This document shows, one piece after another, positions 10,364 to 19,867 of a stretch of DNA of 64,000 nucleotides. Source of the DNA: an uncultured bacterium (GTDB taxonomy: Bacteria > Krumholzibacteriota > Krumholzibacteriia > LZORAL124-64-63); contig CAVSZB010000007.1 in the NCBI GenBank assembly GCA_963732385.1, forward strand, positions 32,001 through 96,000, written 5' to 3'. Every line of letters begins with the position of its first letter. Position 1 is the first letter of the stretch. The position numbers and the translations under genes were made by a program. The notes beneath the pieces are model-generated. The model saw only the letters and a program-made list of their open reading frames with translations, was not told where the DNA came from and did no database searches.

Positions 10364-11143
10364 ATGCGAGGCGAGCGATTCGGTGGTCGGCACGCGGCGG
10401 CGCTCTGGGCGTTGCTGGCGGTGTCGGTGATCCTGCCGGGTTGTCAGAAGCAGGGCGAACAGTCGCAACTGGACCAGTTCCTGGCGCGGGCGCAGAAGCT
10501 GCCCGCGCCGCAACGGGAGGCGCTGTTGCGCCAGACCATCGGTAGCGGCGGCCGGCCGGCGGTCTTTGCCCACTTTGCCCTGGGCAATCAGTTCTATGAT
10601 GCGGCCAAAGACAGCAGCGCCGCCGGTGCTACCGCCGGCGCCGCCGCCCTGCTCGATTCGGCCCGCTGGTATTTCGAACAGGCCGCGCTCGACACGGCCT
10701 TAGTCGAGGCGCAGGTCAATCTCGGCTCGGTGTGGGACGACATGGCCGACCTGGGGGGGGCCCAGGCGGAACGTCAGACGCGACTGGAAAAGGCCGAAGC
10801 GGCCTACCGGCAGGCGCTCGCGCTGCGGCCGACGGATGAGAAGGCGCGCTGCAACCTCGGCGCGTTGTATGTCAAGAAACGCCAGTTCCCGGAGGCCGTC
10901 GCCCAGTTCCGCCAGGCGCTGGTCGATCACCCGCGCAGCGCCCTGGCCCACTACAACCTGGCCATCCTGTTCGCGGAGACGAAGATCTACCGCGAGGCCA
11001 GGGCGGAGTGGGCGGCGGCGGCGCAGGCCGATCCGCAGGGAGACATCGGCCGGCGTTCGCTCGCCAACGTCAGGATCGTCGAACAGATGATGTCCGCGAA
11101 GGATCCGGGCGCGCCGGGCCAGCCGCCGCCGACCCGTCCCTGA
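10364..11143 (+). CDS. TPR-repeat lipoprotein
   Basis: RBS GGAGG before ATG 10364, lipobox LPGC, TPR motifs (AQVNLG, ARCNLG, AHYNLA). Confidence 0.8.
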   Translation: MRGERFGGRHAAALWALLAVSVILPGCQKQGEQSQLDQFLARAQKLPAPQREALLRQTIGSGGRPAVFAHFALGNQFYDAAKDSSAAGATAGAAALLDSARWYFEQAALDTALVEAQVNLGSVWDDMADLGGAQAERQTRLEKAEAAYRQALALRPTDEKARCNLGALYVKKRQFPEAVAQFRQALVDHPRSALAHYNLAILFAETKIYREARAEWAAAAQADPQGDIGRRSLANVRIVEQMMSAKDPGAPGQPPPTRP

Positions 11144-11176
11144 GGCGTCCTGGCCGGCGGTCGTTCGCGAGGAAGC

Positions 11177-12316
11177 ATGGATTTCCCGCTGCCCATCCCG
11201 CCGGCCTTGCGCCTGGCTGTTCCGACCGGGACCCGCGTCCTGCTCGCCCTCAGTGGCGGGGTGGACAGCGCCGTCGCCCTGGCGGTGTTGTGCCACCTCG
11301 GCTGTGAAGTCACCGCGGTGACCTTCAAGAATTTCTGTCTTGGCGAGGCCGGACCTGAAGGGGCCGACGGCGAGCGATCGTGCTGCTCCCTGGAGGCGGC
11401 GGAGGATGCGCGGCGGGTGGCCGCGATTCTCGGTGCGCGGCACTGGGTCCACGACGTGGCGCCGCTCTTCCGGGACGAGGTGATCGCGCCTTTCGTGGCG
11501 GAATACGCCGCCGGACGCACCCCGAACCCCTGTCTCGCCTGCAACGCGCGGGTCCGATTCCCGGAGCTGATCCGACTCGCCGACCAGCTCGGCCTCGCGC
11601 TCGTGGCGACCGGACACTTCGCCCGGCGCGAGGGCGGGAGCGGGGAGGCCCGCCTGCGGTGCGGTTTGGATCGCGACAAGGACCAGTCCTATTTCCTCTA
11701 CCGGCTGGAGCAGCCGCTGCTGGCGCGCGCGCTTTTCCCGCTCGGCTGGGCCACGAAGGCCCAGGTGCGCGACGCGGCGCGGGCGCTCGGCCTGCCGGTG
11801 GCGACGAAGGCCGAAAGCCAGGAAATCTGTTTCGTGCCGGGCGATGATCGTGCCTTCCTGTTCGCGGGCGGCGTCGCGGCTGCCGCGGGCGAGATCGTCG
11901 ATCGCGAGGGGCGGGTGGTCGGCGTACATCGCGGACTGGCGCACTACACGGTGGGGCAGCGGCGCGGACTGGGGGTGGCGGCCGCGCAGCCGCTTTACGT
12001 GCTGGCGATCGACGCCCCGCGCAACCGGGTGGTCATCGGTCCGGAGGAGGCGCTGGTCGTCCGCGAGGTGGTCTGCGACGATGTCGTGGAGACCTCGGGA
12101 CCGTTGCCGGCGGCGGGTCCGCCGGCGGGCCGTGCGTGCGTGGCGCGGATCCGCCACCGGCACGCCGGCGTGCGGGTCGCGGGCTGGCGCCGTGGCGAGG
12201 GACGGCTGGATGTGACGCTGGCGGAGCCGGCCCGGGGCGTGGCGCCGGGGCAGGCGCTGGTCCTGTACGAGGATGATCTGGTGCTGGGCGGCGGCCGCAT
12301 CGTCGGCACTGCCTGA
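11177..12316 (+). CDS. mnmA: tRNA 2-thiouridine(34) synthase
   Basis: SGGVDS, CCS, TPNPCLACN, ATGH, KDQSYFL, ESQEICF, PGQALVLY motifs. Confidence 0.97.
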   Translation: MDFPLPIPPALRLAVPTGTRVLLALSGGVDSAVALAVLCHLGCEVTAVTFKNFCLGEAGPEGADGERSCCSLEAAEDARRVAAILGARHWVHDVAPLFRDEVIAPFVAEYAAGRTPNPCLACNARVRFPELIRLADQLGLALVATGHFARREGGSGEARLRCGLDRDKDQSYFLYRLEQPLLARALFPLGWATKAQVRDAARALGLPVATKAESQEICFVPGDDRAFLFAGGVAAAAGEIVDREGRVVGVHRGLAHYTVGQRRGLGVAAAQPLYVLAIDAPRNRVVIGPEEALVVREVVCDDVVETSGPLPAAGPPAGRACVARIRHRHAGVRVAGWRRGEGRLDVTLAEPARGVAPGQALVLYEDDLVLGGGRIVGTA

Positions 12317-12372
12317 GCTTGAGGAACCGCGACAGCGCCGCGAGGCGGTCGCGAGTCAGGGGAGGTCGAGTC

Positions 12373-15072
12373 ATGCCAGGACGGATCGGACGGCGGGGCG
12401 CGCGGATCGCGATCGTGGTCGTGGCGGTGCTGGTCCTGCTGGTCGCGCTCGCGCCGCGGCTGGTGCCGGCGGGGAAGGTGCGCGACCTGATCGTCGCGCG
12501 CGCGCGCGCGGCGACCGGGGCGGACGTGGCGTTCGGGACCGCCTCGGTGCGACTCTTCCCCCGGTTGAGCGTGGCGGTGGCCGACGGCCGGATTTCCGGC
12601 ACCGGCGAGGCGCTGCGCACCGCCACCGGCCAGCCCAGTCCGCTGATCAGCTATCAGGCGAGTGTCGACCGGGTCGAAGTTTCGCTCGCGCTCGGACCGC
12701 TGCTGCGCCGGCGCGTGGAGATCGGGCGGGTGCGGCTCGTGCGGCCGCAGGTGGAGATCGTCACCGCGCCGCCGGCGCCGGCCAGCGGGGACGCGGTCGC
12801 ATCGTCTGGTTCACCGGGGGCGGCGCCTCTGGCGCTGGCCGTCGCGGCGCTCGAGGTGCGTGACGGCTCGCTGAAGTGGCGCGAGGCACAGACGGATCGC
12901 GCTGTCCTGATCGAGGGGTGGGAGCAGACCCTCACCGTGGGCGACCTGACCGCGCTCGCCGCGCGCCTGCGGGCGCTCGCCGCGCCGGGCGGTGGCGCGG
13001 CGGCGGGCGGCGGCGCGGCGCGGCTGGGGCTGACGGCCCGCGTCGGCTCGCTCACACTGGAGCGGTTCGGCCCGGTGTCGCCGCTGCGGCTGAACGATCT
13101 GACGCTCGAGGCGGAGGCTGCGCTGCCGCCGGCGGGCGACGCGCTGCAGTTGAAGGTCACGCGCGCGGCGTGGGGCCGGGTCGAACTCGCGGCAGAGGCG
13201 ACGATCGCCGCCGGAGCGGACGGCGGGCGCCGGCTGACCGGCTCGTGGCGTCTGCGGGAGGCGGAATTGCCGCCGCTGCTGGCGCAACTGCTGCCGCTTG
13301 CGCCGCCGGTTGCCGGTCCGGCCGGCGACTGGCTAGCCAGCGGTCCGGTCACCTCCGGCCGCCTGACCGCGTCGGGCGGTTTCACGCTGCCGTGGCCCCT
13401 GCCGCAGCCGGCCGCGCCGGAGCTGTTGGTGCGCGGGTTGTCGGCGGCAGGAACCCTGCGCGACGCGCGGATGAAACTGCCGGCCGGCGGCGTTGAGGTG
13501 GCGCTGGCCGCGGACTTCGCGCTCCAGGACGCAGGGCTGATATTGAGTGGCCTCCAGGTGGCTGATGCCGGCGGTGTTCTGCGGCTTGGCGGCGAGGCGA
13601 GTCTGCCGTTGCCGCCGTTGGGCGGACGCGTGGGGGCCGACCTGCGGGGGGCGCTCGACCTGACTGCGGCGGCGCCACTCTTTGCGCTGGTGCCGGTCCC
13701 GCGGCCCGCGCCGGGGCAGCCGGCGGCGGCCGGTTCATGGCAGGACTTCCGGTACGTCGGCAAGGTGGAATTCACGGCGCAGGCCGACCTGCCCGACGCC
13801 CCGCCGTTGAACCAGGCCGCGGCGTGGCGCGCGCGCCTGCAGGGCGCCGCCCCGACCGGCGTGAAGGTCGCCGGTAAGGTGGCGGGATTCACGGTGGAGG
13901 GGCCGCGTCTGAGCCCGGCGCTGGCGGTCCGCTCACTCGGTTTCGCCAGCGATCTGCGCACGCTGACCATCAGTATCGAGGGGGCGGAGCACCCGGTGCT
14001 GGCCGGCGGCGGTGAAGTGAGAATGACGCGGCTCCTGCCGGCCCCTCACGCCGAAGTCGATCTCCGGCTGACCCGTTTCGACGCCGACAAGCTGACCGAA
14101 ATGATGACCGGCGCGGGGGCGGGGAGCACTGCCGCGGCCGCGGTCGCAGGCGCGGACCCGTGGTCGCCCCTGCTGGGCTGGGCGGTCGGCGTGGCGCTGG
14201 CGGCGGCGCCGGCCGCTTCCGCCGTGCTGCCACCCGGCGAGGCGCTGCCCCTGCAACTTTCGGCGAGCTATCGGGCCGTCTCCGACGCGATGACCCTCGG
14301 CAAGCTCGCCTACACGCAGGTGGCGCTCGACGGGACGCTCGCCGACCGCGTTTTCGCGGTGCCGCGGGCGTCGGCCCGCCTCGGGGGGGGGAGTATCGAC
14401 GGCAGCGGTCGCGTGGACTATGCCGCGGATCCCTGGGGACGACTCGAATTCGCCGCGAAAGTGGCGGGGGTGTCGGCCGGTGCGCTCCTGACACCGTACA
14501 CGAAGGGGGCGGCGGCGATCTGGGAAGGCAAGGTGGGGGGGGACATCGGCGGCAGCTGCGGCCTGCGGGACCAGCGCGCCGTGCTGGCGTCGCTCAGCCT
14601 CGATGGACTGGCCGTTTCCAATGACGGGGTGATCCACGGCAGCCAGTACCTGCAGGAGATCGACCGCTATCTTGGAGTGCGCAAGGATCTCAAGGAGATC
14701 CGCTTCCGTGATTTCACCCACCATCTGAAGGTGCAGGACGGTCGCTACACCATCAGCGATCTGGCGTTGCGAGGTTACGACACTGACTGGTGGGGGGACG
14801 GCTGGATCGGTTTCGACGGTGGCATCGACCTGCGTCTCACCGTGAAACTGCCGGCCGGCTTCCGGCCGGAGATCGGCGACTTCGCGCCGCTGCTCGACAC
14901 CCTGCGCGGCGACGACGGCCGCCTCGCGCTGACCATGCAGCTGACCGGTCGCGCGATCCGGCCCGCGGTCGCGCTCGATCTTTCCGGCGCGAAGGCGAAA
15001 ACGCAGGCAAAAGTGCAGGAAGACGTCAAACGCGGGGTGGACCGCCTGCTTGACAAACTGAAGCGAAAATAG
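12373..15072 (+). CDS. AsmA-family (bridge-like lipid transfer) protein
   Basis: N-terminal TM anchor, AsmA-N-like PLLRRRVEIGRVRLVRP, long beta-groove-like sequence, AsmA-like C-terminus. RBS GGAGG before ATG 12373. Confidence 0.75.
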   Translation: MPGRIGRRGARIAIVVVAVLVLLVALAPRLVPAGKVRDLIVARARAATGADVAFGTASVRLFPRLSVAVADGRISGTGEALRTATGQPSPLISYQASVDRVEVSLALGPLLRRRVEIGRVRLVRPQVEIVTAPPAPASGDAVASSGSPGAAPLALAVAALEVRDGSLKWREAQTDRAVLIEGWEQTLTVGDLTALAARLRALAAPGGGAAAGGGAARLGLTARVGSLTLERFGPVSPLRLNDLTLEAEAALPPAGDALQLKVTRAAWGRVELAAEATIAAGADGGRRLTGSWRLREAELPPLLAQLLPLAPPVAGPAGDWLASGPVTSGRLTASGGFTLPWPLPQPAAPELLVRGLSAAGTLRDARMKLPAGGVEVALAADFALQDAGLILSGLQVADAGGVLRLGGEASLPLPPLGGRVGADLRGALDLTAAAPLFALVPVPRPAPGQPAAAGSWQDFRYVGKVEFTAQADLPDAPPLNQAAAWRARLQGAAPTGVKVAGKVAGFTVEGPRLSPALAVRSLGFASDLRTLTISIEGAEHPVLAGGGEVRMTRLLPAPHAEVDLRLTRFDADKLTEMMTGAGAGSTAAAAVAGADPWSPLLGWAVGVALAAAPAASAVLPPGEALPLQLSASYRAVSDAMTLGKLAYTQVALDGTLADRVFAVPRASARLGGGSIDGSGRVDYAADPWGRLEFAAKVAGVSAGALLTPYTKGAAAIWEGKVGGDIGGSCGLRDQRAVLASLSLDGLAVSNDGVIHGSQYLQEIDRYLGVRKDLKEIRFRDFTHHLKVQDGRYTISDLALRGYDTDWWGDGWIGFDGGIDLRLTVKLPAGFRPEIGDFAPLLDTLRGDDGRLALTMQLTGRAIRPAVALDLSGAKAKTQAKVQEDVKRGVDRLLDKLKRK

Positions 15073-15078
15073 TACCGT
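15050..15078 (+). promoter_or_regulatory. sigma70 promoter for tRNA cluster 1, inside the asmA 3' end
   Basis: TTGACA (15050-15055)-N17-TACCGT (15073-15078). Confidence 0.6.
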
Positions 15079-15162
15079 GCGGCATCTCCCTGCGCTCCGG
15101 CCGGTCGTCGGCGCGTGGGTGGAGAGGGCGGGAAGCCGGTCCAGGCAGGGTCTTGCATTGGT

Positions 15163-15253
15163 GGAGGGCTAGACCTAACTGGCAAGGCAGCGGTCTTGAA
15201 AACCGCCGGGGGGGAGACCTCCCATGAGGGTTCGAATCCCTCGCCCTCCGCCA
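15163..15253 (+). tRNA. tRNA-Ser(TGA)
   Basis: Acceptor GGAGGGC/GCCCTCC, anticodon arm GCGGT-CT-TGA-AA-ACCGC, long variable arm, GGTTCGAATCC, ends GCCA. Confidence 0.96.
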
Positions 15254-15265
15254 GGAAACCGATCG

Positions 15266-15358
<93 letters not shown>

Positions 15359-15372
15359 CCGCACGACACGGG

Positions 15373-15449
15373 GCGCCCATAGCTCAACTGGATAGAGCAT
15401 CTGGCTACGGACCAGAAGGTTGGGGGTTCGAATCCCTCTGGGCGTACCA
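15373..15449 (+). tRNA. tRNA-Arg(ACG)
   Basis: Anticodon arm TCTGG-CT-ACG-GA-CCAGA, D-arm AGCTCAACTGGATAGAGC, ends ACCA. Confidence 0.97.
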
Positions 15450-15455
15450 AGTCGG

Positions 15456-15488
15456 AACGAGGGGCTGCCTGAGCAGCCCCTCGTTTCT
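15456..15488 (+). terminator. Intrinsic terminator after tRNA cluster 1
   Basis: 13-bp perfect stem AACGAGGGGCTGC-ctga-GCAGCCCCTCGTT followed by TCT. Confidence 0.75.
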
Positions 15489-15626
15489 GTGCCGTCCCTT
15501 GTGCGCGCCTCATGCGTCGGCAATCAAGTTGCGGCAGCGGGCGTGGCGCGCTGTTGCGCTCGCAGCGACGCGCCGGTAATGTTCCGTCGTTCGTGCTCCC
15601 GATTTCCTCCCGTACGAAAGGGCGCC

Positions 15627-17564
15627 ATGGTGTCCATATTCCGCGCTCACCCGCTGCGTCGGGTGGGCAGGCCGGTGCCGCGTCTGCTGCTGGCCCTGGC
15701 CGCCGTCGGCGCCGGGTTCGGCGGGAGGGCCGCGGGCGCTGCGGTCCCCACGATTCCGCTCGACGACATCCACGAGGGGATGACCGGCTACGGTCTGACC
15801 GTCTTTCACGGCACGCGCATCGACACCTTCGGCGTGCGCGTCCTCGGTGTGCAGCGGCACGCCCGCGTCGCTGGCAACGTGATCCTCGTGGAGGTGAGCG
15901 GGCCCGGTCTGGCAGAGTCCGCCATTGCGCAGGGCATGAGCGGCAGTCCGGTCTATTTGGACGGTCGGTTCGCCGGCGCGGTGGCCTTCAGCTGGGAAGG
16001 CGCGCTCCGTCCGATCGGTGGTCTCACACCGGCGGCGGAGATGCTCGCGCTGCCCGCCGAGCCGCTCGCCGCGTCGCCCGAACAGCTCGGCGCCGGTTGT
16101 GATCTGCCGGCGCTGCTCGATCCGCTCGGCCGTGGCCGCGATCTCGCGGCGTGTCTGGCGGGCCGCGGCGACCGTGCGGCCGTGCCCGGGGCGGAGCCCG
16201 GGTGGTCGGGCGGGACGGCCTGGCCTTCGCCCGCCCTGCTCGCCGCGCGTCTGCTGCCGGGACTGACGGAGACGGGCGGGACCGGCGTTCCGGGGCTCGC
16301 CGCGCTCCTGCCGGGCTGGCACTGTCGGGCCCTCGGCTCGTCGCCGGCGGGGGGGGGCGCCGCACCGATCGCACCGCAGGACAGCGCCGGCGCATCTCCC
16401 GGATTCCTGCCGGGCGGGGCCTGCGCCGTCGCGCTGGTGCTCGGCGACGCCGAACTGGGCGCCATCGGCACGGTGTCGTGGCGCGATGGCGATCGTGTGG
16501 GGCTGTTCGGCCACCCGCTCCTGCAGGCGGGTCCGGTGGCGCTGCCGCTGGTCGCCGCGGAGGTCGTGGGCATCTTCCCGAGCCGTCAGATGTCCTTCAA
16601 GATGGGCGGCATGGGGTCGGTCGTGGGCGCCGTGCACCACGATCTGCGCTCCGGACTGGCGGGCCGGCTCGGTGCCGTGGCGCCCCTGGTGCCGGTCGCT
16701 GTGACCGTGTCGAGGCCGGGCGGCGAGGAACGGTACGCTTTCCAGGTCGCGCGCGATGCCCGCCTCACGCCGCAACTCGTCTACTGGTGCCTCTACAACA
16801 CGCTGCTGGCCCGGGGTGACGACCTCAGCCGGCAGACGATCCGTTACCGCATCGACGCCGACTGGCGCGCGCCAGACGGCGGCAGGGAGGGATGCGCGAG
16901 CAGCGGTGTGATCGCCGGTCCGGGCAGTGCCGCCGCGATGGCTCCCGACTGGAGCGGCCCGCTCCAGGCGATCTTCGAGAACCGCAATGCGCCGCTGACC
17001 CTCACGGGGGTGACCGCCGTCCTGCAGGTGACGCCCGGTATCGAGGCCGCCGCGATCACGGGGGCCGAGGCCGCGCCGGTCGCGCGGGCCGGAGAGATCT
17101 GGACGGTCACGGCCCACCTGCAGCCTTGGCGTGGCGACGCGCGCCAGGTCAGGCGGGAGCTGGCTCTGCCGGCGCGGCTGGCGCCGGGTCGCTACCATCT
17201 GCTGGTGGCGAGCGCCCGCGATGTCTTCGCGCTCGAAACGCAGCGCGTAGCCGAGCGGTTCGCCGACCATAGTCTCGCGGTGACGCTCGAACTGTTGCGT
17301 GCGCCGCGTTCGGCCGGGGATCTCGAGTTCGTGCTGTACGCGCCCGGTCGCGGCGTGACCGTGGACGGGCGCGAGTTCGCCGATCTGCCCGGCAGCGTGG
17401 CGGAGGCGTTCGCCGGCGGAACCGACGGACGCGTGGCGCCGACGCTGGCCGACATCGTACTGCGTGTGAGCGTACCGGACGGACCGGCGCTCGAGGGGGC
17501 GGCCATTCTGGCCCTGACCGTGCTGCCGGCCGCGCCGGCGCCCACCCCGGAGGGACGTCCATGA
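15627..17564 (+). CDS. SpoIVB-like peptidase S55 domain protein (secreted)
   Basis: Signal peptide, IAQGMSGSPVYLDGRFAGAV (catalytic Ser motif) and IGTVSW...LFGHP (His motif). Confidence 0.85.
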   Translation: MVSIFRAHPLRRVGRPVPRLLLALAAVGAGFGGRAAGAAVPTIPLDDIHEGMTGYGLTVFHGTRIDTFGVRVLGVQRHARVAGNVILVEVSGPGLAESAIAQGMSGSPVYLDGRFAGAVAFSWEGALRPIGGLTPAAEMLALPAEPLAASPEQLGAGCDLPALLDPLGRGRDLAACLAGRGDRAAVPGAEPGWSGGTAWPSPALLAARLLPGLTETGGTGVPGLAALLPGWHCRALGSSPAGGGAAPIAPQDSAGASPGFLPGGACAVALVLGDAELGAIGTVSWRDGDRVGLFGHPLLQAGPVALPLVAAEVVGIFPSRQMSFKMGGMGSVVGAVHHDLRSGLAGRLGAVAPLVPVAVTVSRPGGEERYAFQVARDARLTPQLVYWCLYNTLLARGDDLSRQTIRYRIDADWRAPDGGREGCASSGVIAGPGSAAAMAPDWSGPLQAIFENRNAPLTLTGVTAVLQVTPGIEAAAITGAEAAPVARAGEIWTVTAHLQPWRGDARQVRRELALPARLAPGRYHLLVASARDVFALETQRVAERFADHSLAVTLELLRAPRSAGDLEFVLYAPGRGVTVDGREFADLPGSVAEAFAGGTDGRVAPTLADIVLRVSVPDGPALEGAAILALTVLPAAPAPTPEGRP

Positions 17565-19867
17565 CCCCGATCCGTCATTGTGCCGCTACGGCCGGTCTGC
17601 TCGTGTGCGTGGCCTGTCTCGCCCTCGTGGCCGTTCTGCCCGGCCCGGTCGCGGGCGCCGGCCCGGTCTTCTGGGATTATCCGGTGACCGTGCCGTTCGA
17701 GCGCTGCGAACTGGCGGGGGCCGGCCTGGATGCCTACGGGCGGCTGGCGCCCGGCCTGCGTGCCGAGGCGATCCCGCTGGAGGGACCGGAAGTGGTCTGG
17801 TGCCTGGTCCCCGACGGCGAGGGGGGGGCCTGGGGCGGTTCCGGTCATGACGGGGAACTGTGGCGTTTCCCGCGCGACGGGGCGCCGCGGCGTCTCGCGC
17901 GCCTGCCGGAGCCCGAGCTGTTCGCTCTGGCGCGGGTGGGCGGGGCGCTGTTCGCGGGCGGTGGTCCTGACGGTCTAATCTTCCGGGTGACGTCCGACGG
18001 GACGGTGGAGGCTTGGGCCGATCTTCCGGAGCAGTTCGTCTGGGCCCTGGCGGTGACGCCCGACGGGCATCTCTACGCGGCGGTCGGCTCCCCCGCGGCC
18101 GTTTACCGGATCGACGGCCGGTTCGACGTGACGAAGCTGACGGAGCTTCCCGCCGCCAACGCGATGGACCTCGCCTTCACGGCCGAGGGGCGGTTGCTGG
18201 TGGCGACGCAGGGCCCGGGGCTGATCTGGGAGATCGATCCGGCCCGTCCGGCCGGGGCGCGCGTGCTCCAGGAGACCCCGCAGGACGAGGTGCGTCAACT
18301 GGTCGCCGGCCCTGACGGGGCCTGGTATGCGCTGGCGATGACCCGGGGCGGTGGTGGCGCCGAAGGCGAGGCCGCCTTCACTCCCACACCGGGCGGACTG
18401 TTGCCGGCGGAGCCCGATACCGGCGGGGCGAATGTCGAGACCGCGGTCCGGGGCCGCACGCCCCGCGTCGGGCGCGTCAGCCGTGCCCGCGGTCGCTCGG
18501 CCACCGACTTCGGCGGGGCGCCGTCGCCCGGGCCGGACCGCACGGCGATCTACCGGATCGGCCGGGACGGCGTTGTCGCGAGCGTCTGGGGGGGCAACGT
18601 CCCGATCGTGGCGATCGCCCACACCGGGCGCTGGGGCTGGGTCGGGGCCGGCGTGCGCGATCAGGCGCGCGCACAGTTCGCCCTCTTCGCGCTCGGCGTC
18701 CCTGGCAGCGCGCGTCCGCTGGCGACGTGGGAGGGGGGCGATCCGATCGACCTGCTCGCTGTCTCTGCCGGCGACGGCGCGCCGCGGCTCTGGGTGGCGC
18801 AGGCCCGCCCCGGGCGGATCATCCGGTTGAGCGATCAGCCGGCCGAGGCGGCCGCCGCCGTGGCGCCGCCGATCGATGGCAGGGTTTCGATCCGCTGGGG
18901 CCGGCTGCGCTGGGAGGGAGAGTCCCGGGACGGGGCGCGGGTGCGTTTGGCGGTGCGCGGCGGACCGCGCGCCGTGCCGGACGCGACCTGGAGTGAATGG
19001 AGCGAGGCGTGGAGCGACAACGATCACGCCATTGCGCTGCCTCCCTCCCGCTTCCTCCAATGGCGGGCGGAGTTCACCGGGGGTGACGCCAGCGCGAATC
19101 TCGAGGCCGTCACGGTGAGCGGTTACGAACCGAATGTGGCGCCGCGCATCCTGCGGTTCGACCTGCAGTTGCCCGGGGAGTTGACGGTGGGCGGACCGCT
19201 CGAGGATGGCGGCGGCGTGACCGAGTCGTTCCCGTCCGGGCTGCGCGTCGAGTACAACATCGAAAGTCGTCGTGACCGGCGCGCCGAGCCGCTCGCGGCG
19301 GCGCGCGTGCGGCCTTTGCGGCTGTTCACCTGGCAGGCCTGGGACGCCAATGACGATCGTCTCGTGTACACCCTGGCCTACCAGCGCGTGGGAGAGGAGG
19401 CCTGGCAGCCTCTCGGCACGGAGACTTTCGAGACGTTGAAGACGTGGGATTCGGCGGGAGTGCCCGACGGTCTCTACGTCGTACGCCTGACCGCAGGCGA
19501 TCGGCCCGACAATCCGCCGCGCGAGGCGCTTACAGTGGAGCAGCTCAGCGCGCCGCTGCTGGTCGACAACACGCCGCCGACGGTTTCCGGCTTCCAGGTC
19601 GCGCGCACGGCGGGGGGCCTGAAGGTGTCGGCGCGGGTGGTCGATGCCGCGAGTCCGCTTGCGGAGGCGTGGCTAGAACTGCCTGACGGCCGGACGATTC
19701 GGTTCGATCCCGCGGATGGGATTTGTGACAGCCGGGCCGAGGACTTCGCCGCCGAGTTCGTTTTTCCCGAGCCGGGGGGAGTGGCGACCGCCGGTCCCTG
19801 GCGGGTACGGGCCGGTTTCGTGGACCGATCCGGCAACGTCGGTCGCGCCGAGGGCGAGACCCGGTGA
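17561..19867 (+). CDS. Secreted beta-propeller protein with C-terminal Ig-like domains
   Basis: Signal peptide, propeller-blade repeats (VWCLVPDGEG, VWALAVTPDG, AMDLAFTAEG), WDSAGVPDGLYVVRLTA...VDNTPP. ATGA overlap with the S55 gene. Confidence 0.7.
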   Translation: MTPIRHCAATAGLLVCVACLALVAVLPGPVAGAGPVFWDYPVTVPFERCELAGAGLDAYGRLAPGLRAEAIPLEGPEVVWCLVPDGEGGAWGGSGHDGELWRFPRDGAPRRLARLPEPELFALARVGGALFAGGGPDGLIFRVTSDGTVEAWADLPEQFVWALAVTPDGHLYAAVGSPAAVYRIDGRFDVTKLTELPAANAMDLAFTAEGRLLVATQGPGLIWEIDPARPAGARVLQETPQDEVRQLVAGPDGAWYALAMTRGGGGAEGEAAFTPTPGGLLPAEPDTGGANVETAVRGRTPRVGRVSRARGRSATDFGGAPSPGPDRTAIYRIGRDGVVASVWGGNVPIVAIAHTGRWGWVGAGVRDQARAQFALFALGVPGSARPLATWEGGDPIDLLAVSAGDGAPRLWVAQARPGRIIRLSDQPAEAAAAVAPPIDGRVSIRWGRLRWEGESRDGARVRLAVRGGPRAVPDATWSEWSEAWSDNDHAIALPPSRFLQWRAEFTGGDASANLEAVTVSGYEPNVAPRILRFDLQLPGELTVGGPLEDGGGVTESFPSGLRVEYNIESRRDRRAEPLAAARVRPLRLFTWQAWDANDDRLVYTLAYQRVGEEAWQPLGTETFETLKTWDSAGVPDGLYVVRLTAGDRPDNPPREALTVEQLSAPLLVDNTPPTVSGFQVARTAGGLKVSARVVDAASPLAEAWLELPDGRTIRFDPADGICDSRAEDFAAEFVFPEPGGVATAGPWRVRAGFVDRSGNVGRAEGETR

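Noticed and set aside
15163..15253. tRNA with TGA in the anticodon loop as a possible tRNA-Sec, given selA
   Set aside because: Anticodon TGA reads UCA (Ser). tRNA-Sec would need anticodon TCA and an 8-bp acceptor stem.
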